This document shows positions 34,978 to 46,133 of a DNA stretch of 64,000 nucleotides, piece by piece (positions within the stretch are counted from its first letter, which is position 1; each line of letters starts with the position of its first letter). The position numbers and the translations under genes were made by a program. Source of the stretch: Chlamydiales bacterium (GTDB taxonomy: Bacteria > Chlamydiota > Chlamydiia > Chlamydiales > JAAZZY01). The notes below the pieces were generated by a model. That model had not been told where the DNA came from. It worked only from the letters and a program-made list of their open reading frames with translations, and did not search any database. The stretch spans positions 1-64,000 of the forward strand of contig CBDBKM010000003.1 of NCBI GenBank assembly GCA_965206695.1, read 5' to 3'.

Positions 34978-35715
34978 TTATAATATGCGAGTGTTGTCAT
35001 ATCGTAGCCATCCGGTTTCAATATCAAGATACATATTATCATGAAGAAAGTCACTTCTCCAATCCCATGCATTTGGGAAGTTAATTTGAGGCATTTCGAT
35101 TATTGTTGCTAAGCTATTATTGATTAAAGAGGGGTCTGAGAATAGCATTCCGAAATTTAGATCATGATATTTCAAATCGACCTGATTTAGGTCTATTCCT
35201 ATTAATTTAAGAAGATTGGGATTGTCATGAAGTTTGGCCATCCAACCTTTCCATTCCCAACCATTACATTTTACCAATATGATCAATAAAGCTTCTTTAT
35301 CTTTAGAATCAAGATCCCCGAAATTTTTAAGAGCTTCAATTTCTTTTTCTGAAAATTTTTTCTCTTGCAGAAACTCAAGACATTTAAATCGCTCTTTCAT
35401 CTGCTCTTGAGCTTCGCCTACAACTTCTTCTAATAAACGTTGTTTAGTGGCTTCGTAGGAACCCCATACTTTCATTCCTTGACATAGGTTATAATATAAA
35501 GAAAGAAAGTTAATGCCTGCTGCTTTTAGATGTCCGCCGTATAAAGAGGCAAAAGTTAGGGCAAGATAGCGTAAGGATTTCCAACTATATCCGGGTAGTA
35601 ATTTAGCAGCTTCATCTGTAGCATCATTAAAAGTTTCTCGCATTTTCATTAACTCATCTTCTGTACAAGGAGAATGCGGTATTTGGTATGAGTTGCTTAA
35701 AGGAGAGATATTCAT
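34978..35715 (-). CDS. Hypothetical protein
   Basis: 245-aa ORF with Ser/Pro/Asn-rich N-terminus. Confidence 0.7.
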   Translation of the reverse strand: MNISPLSNSYQIPHSPCTEDELMKMRETFNDATDEAAKLLPGYSWKSLRYLALTFASLYGGHLKAAGINFLSLYYNLCQGMKVWGSYEATKQRLLEEVVGEAQEQMKERFKCLEFLQEKKFSEKEIEALKNFGDLDSKDKEALLIILVKCNGWEWKGWMAKLHDNPNLLKLIGIDLNQVDLKYHDLNFGMLFSDPSLINNSLATIIEMPQINFPNAWDWRSDFLHDNMYLDIETGWLRYDNTRIL

Positions 35716-35964
35716 AAAACTCTTGTAGTGATGATAGACTAAATTGCTTTATTATAAGAAAAAGACTTTCCAAGAATCAACAGATATTGTCTTATTTTCG
35801 ATTTAAAGATAATCGCTATATCAAAGCATGTTTCAATTTATGACAGCATCAAAGCAAATAACTATAATAATTATTTTAATTAAGAAATCTTTAAATAGTT
35901 GTTTGCATTATTTTAAGGTATCCCTAATCATTAAGTAATTTTAAATAAACAAAAAGAGTTTGTT

Positions 35965-37626
35965 ATGATAACAGAAACACTTAACCACAATTTAAGCTTA
36001 AATTTGTTTAAATATTCGTCTGAAACCAAAGAAACGGCCCAATCAAGCGAAGATTTTATTTCTTCACTCTCAACAGTAGCTAAAATTGCGATACCAACCA
36101 TTGCCGGAATAGCAATACTTGCTCTTTCTTCAGTGGCTATAATGAACCCAACAATGCCTTCAGGTGATGTTAAACCACCCTCATGGTTACAGTCGGCTTT
36201 CGATTCTTTTATGACAGCTATGACGAAACAAACGTGTATATAGTATTTTAATTTTTATTTGATAATATGTTATCCTTCTTTTTTTATACAAACAGTAAGG
36301 ATAAAACAATGCCTAGAGCTTATTCAGTAGATCTTCGAGAGAAAGTATTACAACATATAGAAAAACATCATGATAAAAAAACAGCCGGCCATATTTTTCA
36401 AGTAGGTATCGCAACAATATATCGATGGATCTTGCAAAAAAAGCAAAAAGGACATTTAAAGCCAATCCGCAGAAAATATGCTTATAAGAAATTAGATGAT
36501 GAGTTGTTATCTAAATATGTAGAAAAACATCCGGATTATTTTTTATCGGAAATTGCTGATTATTTTTCAGTCACTCCGCAAACGATTTTTTATGCCCTTA
36601 AAAGATTAAAAATTACACGAAAAAAAAACTACTCGCTATAAGGAAAGAGATGAAAAGAAACGGGAAGCTTTTATGAAAGATTTAAAAAATATTCCCTTTG
36701 ACAAGAGAATTTATCTCGATGAAACCGGGATTTATCAATTTTTATTTCGTGAGTCCGGAAGAAGCTTACGCGGCAAAAAAGTTTTTGGAGCGGTTTCAGG
36801 AAACCGCTTTATAAGGCAAAATATTATTTCAGCCCTATCTAAAGGGCAGTTTTTATCTCCAATGTGTTTTGAAGGTACTTGTAATACCGGGTTATTCAAT
36901 ATTTGGCTTAAGGAAGTTTTGACTCCTCAGCTTACACCCGGTAGTGTTCTTATTCTTGACAATGCCGGTTTTCACAAGTCAGCGGAAAGCAGGAAAACAG
37001 TAGAATCTGCCGGTTGTAAGCTTATGTTTCTTCCTCCCTATTCTCCGGACTTAAATCCTATAGAAAAATATTGGGCTAATATGAAAAATAAAGTTAGAGA
37101 GATATTACGAAAAGTTACGAATTTTAAATTCGCCATTGATCAAGCAATCTTATCAATATAAAATTAAATGACTATAAATGAAAGATCATTAGCAAGTTTT
37201 GATATGCCATTTAGTGTTGAGAGCCTAGAAGCGGTTCTTATCTCCGGTTTGCCTTATGAAAAGTTAAAGGATCACCAACAACGCTTATTTTCAGATGAGT
37301 TTTTTGAGAAAGCTAAAGCAACAGCTTTTATCTTCGCTCACCCGAATCATCTTGCTTCTGAATACAAAGCGCTAAAAGACTATTTTGAAAATCCGACAGG
37401 AAGAATAGAAAATGAAACAAAAGATGTTGAATATATCGCCTTTAATTCAGGCAATATGGTTCTTCAGCATTCAAATACTTTCGAAATAGAAGGGAAAAAA
37501 ACAGAAATAGACCGTTCTATTTTAATGGGAAATAACTCTTGTTTAGAAATCATGTGGTATACCGATGGTATAGATTCATCTCGCTCTCAACAAATTTCCT
37601 TGATTAATTCAATTGTCCTTCCTTAA
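35965..37626 (+). pseudogene. Membrane-anchored hypothetical protein (~241 aa) split by IS630
   Basis: ...QTCI joins NERSL... in frame after IS removal. Confidence 0.8.
36241..37174 (+). mobile_element. IS630 copy (A9 run)
   Basis: Same ends; TA flanks. Confidence 0.95.
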
Positions 37627-37670
37627 AACTTATTGGGGGTAGTAATAGATACTGCCCCTCTTCCAATAAC

Positions 37671-38282
37671 ATGACAATTATTACGACTTTTTATCAGATA
37701 TCCCAGACAGAAAACCCCAACATCTCCAACGGAGTATTAGATTCTGCCAAGCAATTCCTTATTGGAGTAGTATCTACTGCTATCATAGCACCACTTGTTA
37801 TCGCAGGAAGCTTTATCGCTCAAAATACTGGCTTAATAGAAAAACAAGCCCGTCAGTTTACCTGTCCAACCAATCTAACTCAGGGAATTTTAGGACTAAA
37901 AACTTCCACTATTCTCTCAACAGGCTGTTTAGTGCCTATTTTTGAAGAGTTTATCTTTCGAGAACTTATCCAAGAAGAACTGCTAACTAAGCTGCCACGG
38001 TATATCATAAAAAACGTAAGTCCTGGAAATGAGATAATTATGGACAGCCAAGCAGCTAAAATAGCAAGAATAACTATTACAACGACCCTTTTCTCAGCTT
38101 ATCATTTGATTAACCTGGCGACTTTTCCTTCTAATTATGTAAAAGCCCAAATGGTTGCTACCTCAATTCTAGGAATTGGTCTTGGAATACTAAAAGAATC
38201 TTCAGCTGGACTGACTGGTTCTCTTGGGTGCCATATGGCATATAATCTAACATCGCTTTTGCCTTATCTTGTATATTGTTAA
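37671..38282 (+). CDS. CPBP-family (CAAX/Abi) intramembrane metalloprotease
   Basis: PIFEEFIFR, FSAYH, HMAYN. Confidence 0.85.
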   Translation: MTIITTFYQISQTENPNISNGVLDSAKQFLIGVVSTAIIAPLVIAGSFIAQNTGLIEKQARQFTCPTNLTQGILGLKTSTILSTGCLVPIFEEFIFRELIQEELLTKLPRYIIKNVSPGNEIIMDSQAAKIARITITTTLFSAYHLINLATFPSNYVKAQMVATSILGIGLGILKESSAGLTGSLGCHMAYNLTSLLPYLVYC

Positions 38283-38424
38283 ATCAAACCTATCTAAAGA
38301 AAAAAATAATGTTCCAATTTGTGACAACACCAACAACAAATAGCTATAAAGGACTATAAAAGTAACTCCATATTGGCTTAAGTAGTTGTGTATAGCTGTT
38401 TATAGTTGGTTACAGGGTACCTCA

Positions 38425-38460
38425 GACTTAAAATCCCTTGCTCTTCGAGGCGAGCAAGTT
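38425..38460 (+). repeat. att site: internally deleted tRNA-Leu 3' fragment
   Basis: GACTTAAAATCCCTTGCTCTTCGAGGCGAGCAAGTT. Confidence 0.85.
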
Positions 38461-38632
38461 CTCTTTAAGTAATTTACGTTTCTAAATCTTAACTTTTCCT
38501 CTTCATATACTGCTCAATAGCACACCGGCGGCACACTTTAAAATGACAAACGATGATTAACCCGGATGATAAAAAAGTCATGCTAAATTGATAATTTTTT
38601 TAGATATGTGTCATAAGTGTGCCATTCATATA

Positions 38633-39567
38633 TAGTATTTTAATTTTTATTTGATAATATGTTATCCTTCTTTTTTTATACAAACAGTAAGGACAAAACA
38701 ATGCCTAGAGCCTATTCAGTAGATCTTCGAGAGAAAGTATGACAACATATAGAAAAACATCATGATAAAAAAACAGCCGGCCATATTTTTCAAGTAGGTA
38801 TCGCAACAATATATCGATGGATCTTGCAAAAAAAGCAAAAAGGACATTTAAAGCCAATCCGCAGAAAATATGCTTATAAGAAATTAGATGATGAGTTGTT
38901 ATCTAAATATGTAGAAAAACATCCGGATTATTTTTTATCGGAAATTGCTCATTATTTTTCAGTCACTCCGCAAACGATTTTTTATGCCCTTAAAAGATTA
39001 AAAATTACACGAAAAAAAAAACTACTCGCTATAAGGAAAGAGATGAAAAGAAACGGGAAGCTTTTATGAAAGATTTAAAAAATATTCCCTTTGACAAGAG
39101 AATTTATCTCGATGAAACCGGGATTCATCAATTTTTATTTCGTGAGTCCGGAAGAAGCTTACGCGGCAAAAAAGTTTTTGGAGCGGTTTCAGGAAACCGC
39201 TTTATAAGGCAAAATATTATTTCAGCCCTATCTAAAGGGCAGTTTTTATCTCCAATGTGTTTTGAAGGTACTTGTAATACCGGGTTATTCAATATTTGGC
39301 TTAAGGAAGTTTTGACTCCTCAGCTTACACCCGGTAGTGTTCTTATTCTTGACAATGCCGGTTTTCACAAGTCAGCGGAAAGCAGGAAAACAGTAGAATC
39401 TGCCGGTTGTAAGCTTATGTTTCTTCCTCCATATTCTCCGGACTTAAATCCTATAGAAAAATATTGGGCTAATATGAAAAATAAAGTTAGAGAGATATTA
39501 CGAAAAGTTACGAATTTTAAATTCGCCATTGATCAAGCAATCTTATCAATATAAAATTAAATGACTA
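38633..39567 (+). mobile_element. IS630 copy (orfA nonsense allele)
   Basis: Same ends; TA flanks. Confidence 0.95.
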
Positions 39568-39699
39568 TATATGAATTAACCTATCTTGTTTAACTTTTGT
39601 AGTATATATACTAGTACACAATGGGTTATCTATCACTTGTTGTTACTGTTTATCCTTAGCTGACCTATTCTATCGCCTTTATTCATTTTGGAATGATAA

Positions 39700-39905
39700 A
39701 TGGCAAATATTTAAGAGAGAAAAATAAAAGAAGGTAAAAACTCATTTTCGTGTCCAAATTCGTTTAAAAGGATATCCGACACAACGAGCTACCTTTAAAC
39801 GTAAAACCGATTCTGTTAGATGGATTCAACAAACAGAAGCAGCCATTCGTGAGGGTGTTATTTTAAGACTTCGGAGGCAAAAAAACACAGACTAAGCGAC
39901 CTATT
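39700..39905 (+). pseudogene. Integrase N-terminal remnant (fourth paralog)
   Basis: FRVQIRLKGYPTQRATFKRKTDSVRWIQQTEAAIREG matches the N-termini of the other integrases. Confidence 0.8.
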
Positions 39906-40012
39906 GGTGAAAATCAATAAATTCCATTTATTTTTAAATCATTGAAAATAAGTAAATTATAAAATTTATGAGCTATAGGCACTTGCTTTATAACTCATAA
40001 ATTGGTTAAAAT

Positions 40013-41044
40013 ATGAGCCATAGAAAGAGGTTTCTTCTCGATTCAGGGGGTGGTTTTGCGATCTTAAAAACTCTCGAAAAGAATAAGAAAAAGCAGTTTA
40101 TTGTTGAGATTCTATGTAATGAAGGGCAAAAAAGTTCGGAAATTGAAGGTGAGATTCTAGAAAGAGAAAGCCTCCAATCTTCGATCCGGCGTCATTTCGG
40201 CTTGAAAGCAAAAGGAACAATCTCTTCCACAGAGCAGGGAATGGCTGATTTACTATGGGATCTGTATCAGACCTATAACAAGTCTTTAACTCATAAAATG
40301 CTCTATCGTTGGCATAAAATGTTGACGGGTAACGATCAGAGGGTTTCAGATATTGGCAAGTATCGAACCCATCCTGATCCAATGCAGATTATTTCCGGGC
40401 GCTATGATCAGCATAGGGTCTTTTTCGAGGCCCCACCTTCTAAAAAAGTCCATGAGGAAATGACAAGATTTATCAATTGGTTCAATAAATCTGATGATAG
40501 CCAATCGGTTCTCGTTCGAGCGGCCATCGTACATGTTTATTTTGAGAGCATCCACCCTTTTGAAGATGGGAATGGAAGAATCGGTCGTGCCCTTGTAGAA
40601 AAAGCTTTATCTCAGAGCTTGGGACAACCAATTTTTATTGCTATTTCTGAAGGAATATCGAAACGGAAGAAGAAGTATTACGATGCACTTGCGTCTACAA
40701 ATAGAACTTTAGATATTCAAAAGTGGCTTGAGTATTTTGCTGAAGTAATTATTCAAGCGCAGGAAAAATCGATCGCATTGATTCAATTTTTAATGGCAAA
40801 ATCCCAGTTGATGAAGCGTTTGGAAAGTCATCTCAATCTCAGACAAAAGAAAATCTTATTGAGGATGTTTAATGAAGGGCTGACAGGATTTTCCGGAGGA
40901 TTAAGTGCAGAGAATTATATCAAAATAACCAAAGCTTCCCGTGCCACTGCTACGCGGGATTTAAAGGATTTAATCAATAAAGGAGCTTTATATAAAACAG
41001 GAGATTTAAAACATACCCGATATTGGATAAACCTCAAGATTTAG
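40013..41044 (+). CDS. Fic-domain protein with C-terminal HTH
   Basis: HPFEDGNGRIGR canonical motif; SSEIEGE; TATRDLKDL. Confidence 0.9.
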   Translation: MSHRKRFLLDSGGGFAILKTLEKNKKKQFIVEILCNEGQKSSEIEGEILERESLQSSIRRHFGLKAKGTISSTEQGMADLLWDLYQTYNKSLTHKMLYRWHKMLTGNDQRVSDIGKYRTHPDPMQIISGRYDQHRVFFEAPPSKKVHEEMTRFINWFNKSDDSQSVLVRAAIVHVYFESIHPFEDGNGRIGRALVEKALSQSLGQPIFIAISEGISKRKKKYYDALASTNRTLDIQKWLEYFAEVIIQAQEKSIALIQFLMAKSQLMKRLESHLNLRQKKILLRMFNEGLTGFSGGLSAENYIKITKASRATATRDLKDLINKGALYKTGDLKHTRYWINLKI

Positions 41045-41461
41045 TTCCAATTATTGGACTCATATTATGACTGATTGCTTTTATATGGGATTAGAGTCAA
41101 AACATAGGAATCTTGATCTCGATACGAAGTAGTGAAACGGTTCGAATTGGTTGAAGTCGGATCCATTGTTTTCCTAATTTATTTAGGAGTACTTGAAAAA
41201 AGTTGAGGAGACAGCCCATATCCGATAGATTATGCGGAGCAAAAGATACGCCATGTAGGCAGCCTACTATAAGGCACGAGAGATATTATGAAAAATAGCA
41301 CACCTCCTATTCGATTTTTTTAATCTTGAGTTGCATTTTCTGTATAAGAGTGTGATGATTCAAACATCTATGCTGTTTTAGACAAACGATTAACTTAAAT
41401 ATTAGAAAAAAAATATCAGAAGTTTGTGAATCACGACTCACAATGCTGAAGGATAGGTAGT

Positions 41462-42280
41462 ATGATGAAAAAAGCTCTAAAAAATTTAATGATACGAAAT
41501 AGTACTGTTGAATTTCTGATTTTTATGACAGGGGATGGTGGAGACGGTATTGAAGTACGATATGAAGATGAATCAATTTGGTTGACACAAAAATTAATGG
41601 CAGAGTTGTTTTCTGTAGATAGATCTGTGATTACTAAGCACTTAAAAAATATATTTAGTGAAGGTGAGCTACAAGAAGAAAGCAATGTGCAAAAAATGCA
41701 CATTGCCCATTCGGACAAACCAGTCAACTTTTATAAATTGGATGTTATTATCTCGGTGGGTTACCGTATTAATTCCACACGTGCTACACAGTTCCGTCAA
41801 TGGGCAACTCAGATTCTACGGGAATTTGCTCTGAAAGGTTATGTGATTGATAAAAAGCGTTTAGAAAACGGGACCTTTCTGGGTAAGGATTATTTTGAGC
41901 ATCTTCTGGCAGAAATTCGAGAGATTCGCCTGAGTGAACGTAGATTTTATCAAAAAATTACGGATATTTATGCGACTAGTGTGGATTACGATAAGGATGC
42001 TCCTGCTACGTATGCTTTTTTTGCAAAAGTTCAGAATAAACTACATTACGCTATTCATGGCTATACAGCCTCAGAGTTAATTTATCAACCCAATATTAGT
42101 GTATGTAGATCTATTGAAGGTGAGATAGCTTATTGTTATTATTCACCGGAAAAAGAATATGGGTATATAGCCAAAGAATACGAAACCTTCCAAGAAGCTC
42201 TTTCTATTTTAGAAGAAGAGAGTAAACAGGGCGGTACTCAGATTGCTTCTGAAGATATTTCTATAACTCAACCGAAATAG
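41462..42280 (+). CDS. RhuM-family protein, probably truncated or chimeric
   Basis: IWLTQKLMAELF, ISVGYRINS.RATQFRQWA, IREIRLSERRFYQKITDIYA. Confidence 0.85.
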   Translation: MMKKALKNLMIRNSTVEFLIFMTGDGGDGIEVRYEDESIWLTQKLMAELFSVDRSVITKHLKNIFSEGELQEESNVQKMHIAHSDKPVNFYKLDVIISVGYRINSTRATQFRQWATQILREFALKGYVIDKKRLENGTFLGKDYFEHLLAEIREIRLSERRFYQKITDIYATSVDYDKDAPATYAFFAKVQNKLHYAIHGYTASELIYQPNISVCRSIEGEIAYCYYSPEKEYGYIAKEYETFQEALSILEEESKQGGTQIASEDISITQPK

Positions 42281-42450
42281 AATCTGTTAAAACGGTGCAA
42301 ATACGGTGCAGTGAACTTGGTAAACAACCGGTATCATCCAACACAAACCAATAGACTTCGTCCTATTTCTTCTCTAGAATGTTGCTCATTATGATTGGAT
42401 ATTATTGGTTATACTACTGATACAGCTCCCTGTCACTCCGTCTCTGTAAT

Positions 42451-42481
42451 GGATACGTTGGTTCGAATCCAACCGCCCCCA
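42451..42481 (+). repeat. Isolated tRNA 3' fragment (T-arm plus acceptor strand; tRNA-Tyr-like)
   Basis: GGATACGTTGGTTCGAATCCAACCGCCCCCA with no 5' half. Confidence 0.65.
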
Positions 42482-42779
42482 TTCCCCCGGACAACTCCTA
42501 TATGAAATGAGGGTAGAAAATAGCTCAGGAATCTATACAAATAGCTTTTTACCTTCTAATTTTAAGTTCTGAAATACTAAATTCAGCGATTAGCGTGTTT
42601 CATACACTTCAGAACTATTGAAGAGTTCTCTTACTTTAGATGCCTATCTCATCACTAAATTAGCTGTAATATAGAAGTTTTTATCAGTTTTTTCATGGCG
42701 TTCAACTTGTTTTACTATATATATCATTTTTGAAGGTTTAGATATCAAAAGTATGTTAACAAATAAAAGATGTGCAAAA

Positions 42780-42950
42780 CGTATATCAGATAGAAGAGGA
42801 TGTCAATTTTTAACATTTTTAAAGTATACATGTGATTGGTACGGAAGAAACATAGTAGATTAAGCTCTTGGAGCTCGTATTAAACGAACACTTAATTAGC
42901 AATGGTTGTTGAATGAGGGATCCTTTTCTTGAGAGTTGGGAGCTGTCACA
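42780..42950 (+). mobile_element. IS605 right-end remnant with tnpB scrap
   Basis: FLTFLKYTCDWYGRNIV and GAGTTGGGAGCTGTCA. Confidence 0.7.
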
Positions 42951-43178
42951 ATAATCGCTATACTCGTCTAAATACTCCAAATTATAAAAAGATTATTATA
43001 TTATTTAATGGTCTAGATAAGATCTGATATTCAATAGAGTTTTTAAATTTTTAGAAAAGATTATTTAAATCATTAGTTTTAAATTAGATTCAAATAGGGT
43101 TTAAGAATATTAATATTATAGCATTTTTTTTCTGTCTTTGATAGGATGATGATGAATTTACTTTAATATTAAGGAGGC

Positions 43179-43916
43179 TTGAAATCTATGAGTTTTCACA
43201 ATCGACTTGATTCGCGCACTAAAACAAAGATTGAAATTGCTTCAATTAATACATTTGCAACACAAGTATATGCTTGGATGGCAGTAGGTCTATTAGTAAC
43301 AGCTGTTGTTGCTTGGGCTTTATTTTCAACAGGAGCGTATTTATACTTTGGCTCCGGGGCAATTTTACTGACAATTTTAGGAACCCTCGGAATTGCCATA
43401 GCTATTCGTGCCGGCATTTCTCGTTTTTCTTTTACGACTTTAGCCGGCTTATTTATAGCTTATGCCGTTTTAGAAGGGATATTTTTTGGCTCTATTCTGC
43501 CTGTATATGCCGTTGCTTTTGGAGGCGGGCTTATTTGGACAGCTTTCGGTACTGCCGGAATTCTCTTTACTATTGCCTTGTGTTTTGGGATTTTCAGTAA
43601 ATCTGATTTGACCGGTATTGGCAGGCTACTCTCTATAGCTCTTATAGGGCTTATTGTGGTGACTCTAGCTTATTTTATCGTACAGTTTTTCGTCGCCATA
43701 CCCTGGCTATACTTACTAATATGTTATATTGGATTGATTATTTTTATTGGACTTACTGCTTATGATGCGCAGCAAATACGTCATATGAGCAAGCGAGTAG
43801 ACGGGTATTCAGTAGCTTCTTGTAAGCTCTCTTTGGTCATGGCTTTAAGAATGTATATTAATGTAATCATGATCTTCTGGTATCTATTACAAATTCTTTC
43901 TTTTTCAAGAAGATAG
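43179..43916 (+). CDS. Bax inhibitor-1/YccA family membrane protein
   Basis: QVYAWMAVGL, LTAYDAQQI, ALRMYIN; true start may be 43188. Confidence 0.88.
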   Translation: MKSMSFHNRLDSRTKTKIEIASINTFATQVYAWMAVGLLVTAVVAWALFSTGAYLYFGSGAILLTILGTLGIAIAIRAGISRFSFTTLAGLFIAYAVLEGIFFGSILPVYAVAFGGGLIWTAFGTAGILFTIALCFGIFSKSDLTGIGRLLSIALIGLIVVTLAYFIVQFFVAIPWLYLLICYIGLIIFIGLTAYDAQQIRHMSKRVDGYSVASCKLSLVMALRMYINVIMIFWYLLQILSFSRR

Positions 43917-43923
43917 GTTCTAT

Positions 43924-43958
43924 GATGCCATCATACAATTTCTGGTGGCATTTTTTTT
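43924..43958 (+). terminator. Intrinsic terminator
   Basis: ATGCCATCA...TGGTGGCAT followed by a T-run, between convergent genes. Confidence 0.65.
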
Positions 43959-44862
43959 ATTCAAATAATTGAGCTGCAAAAGCATCAGGATCAAAAGATG
44001 TGATATCTAAATGAGATTCCCCTGTTCCAATGAATTTTACCGGAATATCTAATTCACGTTGAATAGATACGACGGTTCCCCCTTTAGCTGTTCCATCCAT
44101 TTTACTTAAGATAAGGCCGGAAATAGGAGTAAATTTATTGAACGTTTTAGCCTGTTCAAGAGCATTTTGTCCGGCAGTTGCATCTAAGACAAGAAGAGTT
44201 TCATGGGGAGCTCTTTCGACTACTTTTCCACATACTTTTTTAATTTTTTCTAACTCTTTCATTAATGAAGTCTTAGTATGCAATCTCCCTGCAGTATCAA
44301 TTAAAATAATATCAGCATTCCTAGCCTTTCCTGCTGTAACAGCATCAAAGGCGACGGCAGCGGGATCACAGCCGGATTGTCCTTTGACAATATCGACATT
44401 AAGGTTCTCTGCCCATAAGGTCAGTTGTTCTATAGCTGCTGCTCGGAAAGTATCCGCAGCAGCAATAAGTACTTTTTGTCCTTGGGATTGATAAAAATGG
44501 GCTAGCTTGGCAATCGAGGTTGTTTTACCATTGCCGTTCACTCCAACAACCAGAATAACAGTAGGTTCGGTATTAGGAGCGAGTTGTAGGGATGAGGAGT
44601 GTGCTTTTAATAGAGAAGTAATTTCTTCACACATTTTTTGAAGAAGTTCATCACTAGTTAAAGAAGCATTTGAACGGTACCAAACTTTAACTTTCTCAAC
44701 TAAATCAAGAGCAGTCTTATTTCCAAGATCGGCTTCATAAAGTATTTTTTGTAATTGCTCTAAAGTTTCTTCATCAATTTTTTTGCTAAACAGGGAACGG
44801 ATTTTATTTCCCAAGAGAGATCCGCTTTTGTTAAAGGCGGATTTAAAAAAATTCAATACCAT
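43957..44862 (-). CDS. ftsY: SRP receptor
   Basis: GVNGNGKTT, DTFRAAA, DTAGR, KMDGTAKGG. Confidence 0.96.
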   Translation of the reverse strand: MVLNFFKSAFNKSGSLLGNKIRSLFSKKIDEETLEQLQKILYEADLGNKTALDLVEKVKVWYRSNASLTSDELLQKMCEEITSLLKAHSSSLQLAPNTEPTVILVVGVNGNGKTTSIAKLAHFYQSQGQKVLIAAADTFRAAAIEQLTLWAENLNVDIVKGQSGCDPAAVAFDAVTAGKARNADIILIDTAGRLHTKTSLMKELEKIKKVCGKVVERAPHETLLVLDATAGQNALEQAKTFNKFTPISGLILSKMDGTAKGGTVVSIQRELDIPVKFIGTGESHLDITSFDPDAFAAQLFE

Positions 44863-44958
44863 TATTAAAGACCTTTTTAAGTTGAATGAAATGCATAATT
44901 TAGCACATAAGGAAAATAAAGAAGTAGGCTAAAAACTTTTTTAGATGAAAGGTTATAG

Positions 44959-46119
44959 ATGAATCTTCACGAATACCAAGCAAAAACAATTTTACAAAAA
45001 TATGGCATTGATTTCGCTCCTTTTGGTGTGGCATCAAATCGAGAAGAAGCTGATGAGATTGTTGATCGCTTAGGTTTGCAAAAAGCTGTTATTAAAGTTC
45101 AAGTACATGCCGGTGGTAGAGGAAAAGCCGGTGGTGTAAAATTTGCTAAAGGTAAAGAAGAAATTTTACAAATAGCCGATAATTTAATTGGATTAAAAAT
45201 CGTTAATAATCAGACCGGTAAAGAAGGGGTAATCGCTCATAAGGTTTTAATAACAGAGCCTCTGGATATCCAAAAAGAATACTATGCCGGTATTATTATC
45301 GATCGCGAGAAAAAAGTACCGACTCTGATCCTTTCTCCGGAAGGAGGAATGGAAATTGAAGAAATAGCTAAAGATATGCCCGATCGAATTTTGACCCTCC
45401 CACTATACCCAAATGGAGAGTTGAAACATTTTCAAATCTTAGGGATTGCGAAATTTATGAATTGGACCGGAGATATTGCCAAGCAAGGCATGGGAATCCT
45501 TAAAGGTTTATGTAAAGCCTTTGTTGAATTAGACGCATCCCTTTTGGAAATCAATCCTTTAATCTTAACTCCGGACGAAAAAGTTGTAGCACTTGATGCC
45601 AAACTTAGCATCGATGAAAATGCCCTTTATCGCCAAAAAGAGGTTTCTGATTGCTATGATCCTACTCAAATTTCTGAATATGAAGTAAAAGCAGCTGAAT
45701 TTCAATTAGCTTATATCGCTTTAGATGGAGACATAGGATGTATGGTTAATGGAGCCGGTTTAGCCATGGCTACGATGGATATTATTAGTTTTTACGGAGG
45801 CACTCCGGCTAACTTCTTAGATGTGGGAGGCAGTGCCGATAAAGAGAAAGTGGCCCAAGGATTTAAAATCATTCTTTCTGACCCAAAGGTTAAAGCTATT
45901 TTAGTAAACATTTTTGGCGGTATTATGAATTGTGCGACCATTGCCGGTGGCATTCTTGCAGCGGCAGGAGAAATCACGAATATGGTTCCTTTAGTTGTTA
46001 GGATGGAAGGAACAGATGTAGAAGAAGGTCGTCGATTACTGCAAGAATCAGATTTAGCGATAATATCAGCAACCGGTTTAGCCGAAGCTGCGAAATTGGT
46101 GGTTCAAGAAGCTAAATAA
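44959..46119 (+). CDS. sucC: Succinyl-CoA synthetase beta
   Basis: [29 protein letters not shown]. Confidence 0.97.
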   Translation: MNLHEYQAKTILQKYGIDFAPFGVASNREEADEIVDRLGLQKAVIKVQVHAGGRGKAGGVKFAKGKEEILQIADNLIGLKIVNNQTGKEGVIAHKVLITEPLDIQKEYYAGIIIDREKKVPTLILSPEGGMEIEEIAKDMPDRILTLPLYPNGELKHFQILGIAKFMNWTGDIAKQGMGILKGLCKAFVELDASLLEINPLILTPDEKVVALDAKLSIDENALYRQKEVSDCYDPTQISEYEVKAAEFQLAYIALDGDIGCMVNGAGLAMATMDIISFYGGTPANFLDVGGSADKEKVAQGFKIILSDPKVKAILVNIFGGIMNCATIAGGILAAAGEITNMVPLVVRMEGTDVEEGRRLLQESDLAIISATGLAEAAKLVVQEAK

Positions 46120-46133
46120 ACAAAGGTTCTTTT

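Larger units (their letters stand above)
26478..38460 (+). mobile_element. Integrative element B (tandem, decayed)
   Basis: Bounded by tRNA-Leu fragments at 26420 and 38425; has its own broken integrase. Confidence 0.8.

Noticed and set aside
34965..35072. Extended start of the 171-aa ORF
   Set aside because: Overlaps the upstream gene; SD and lipobox support the start at 34964
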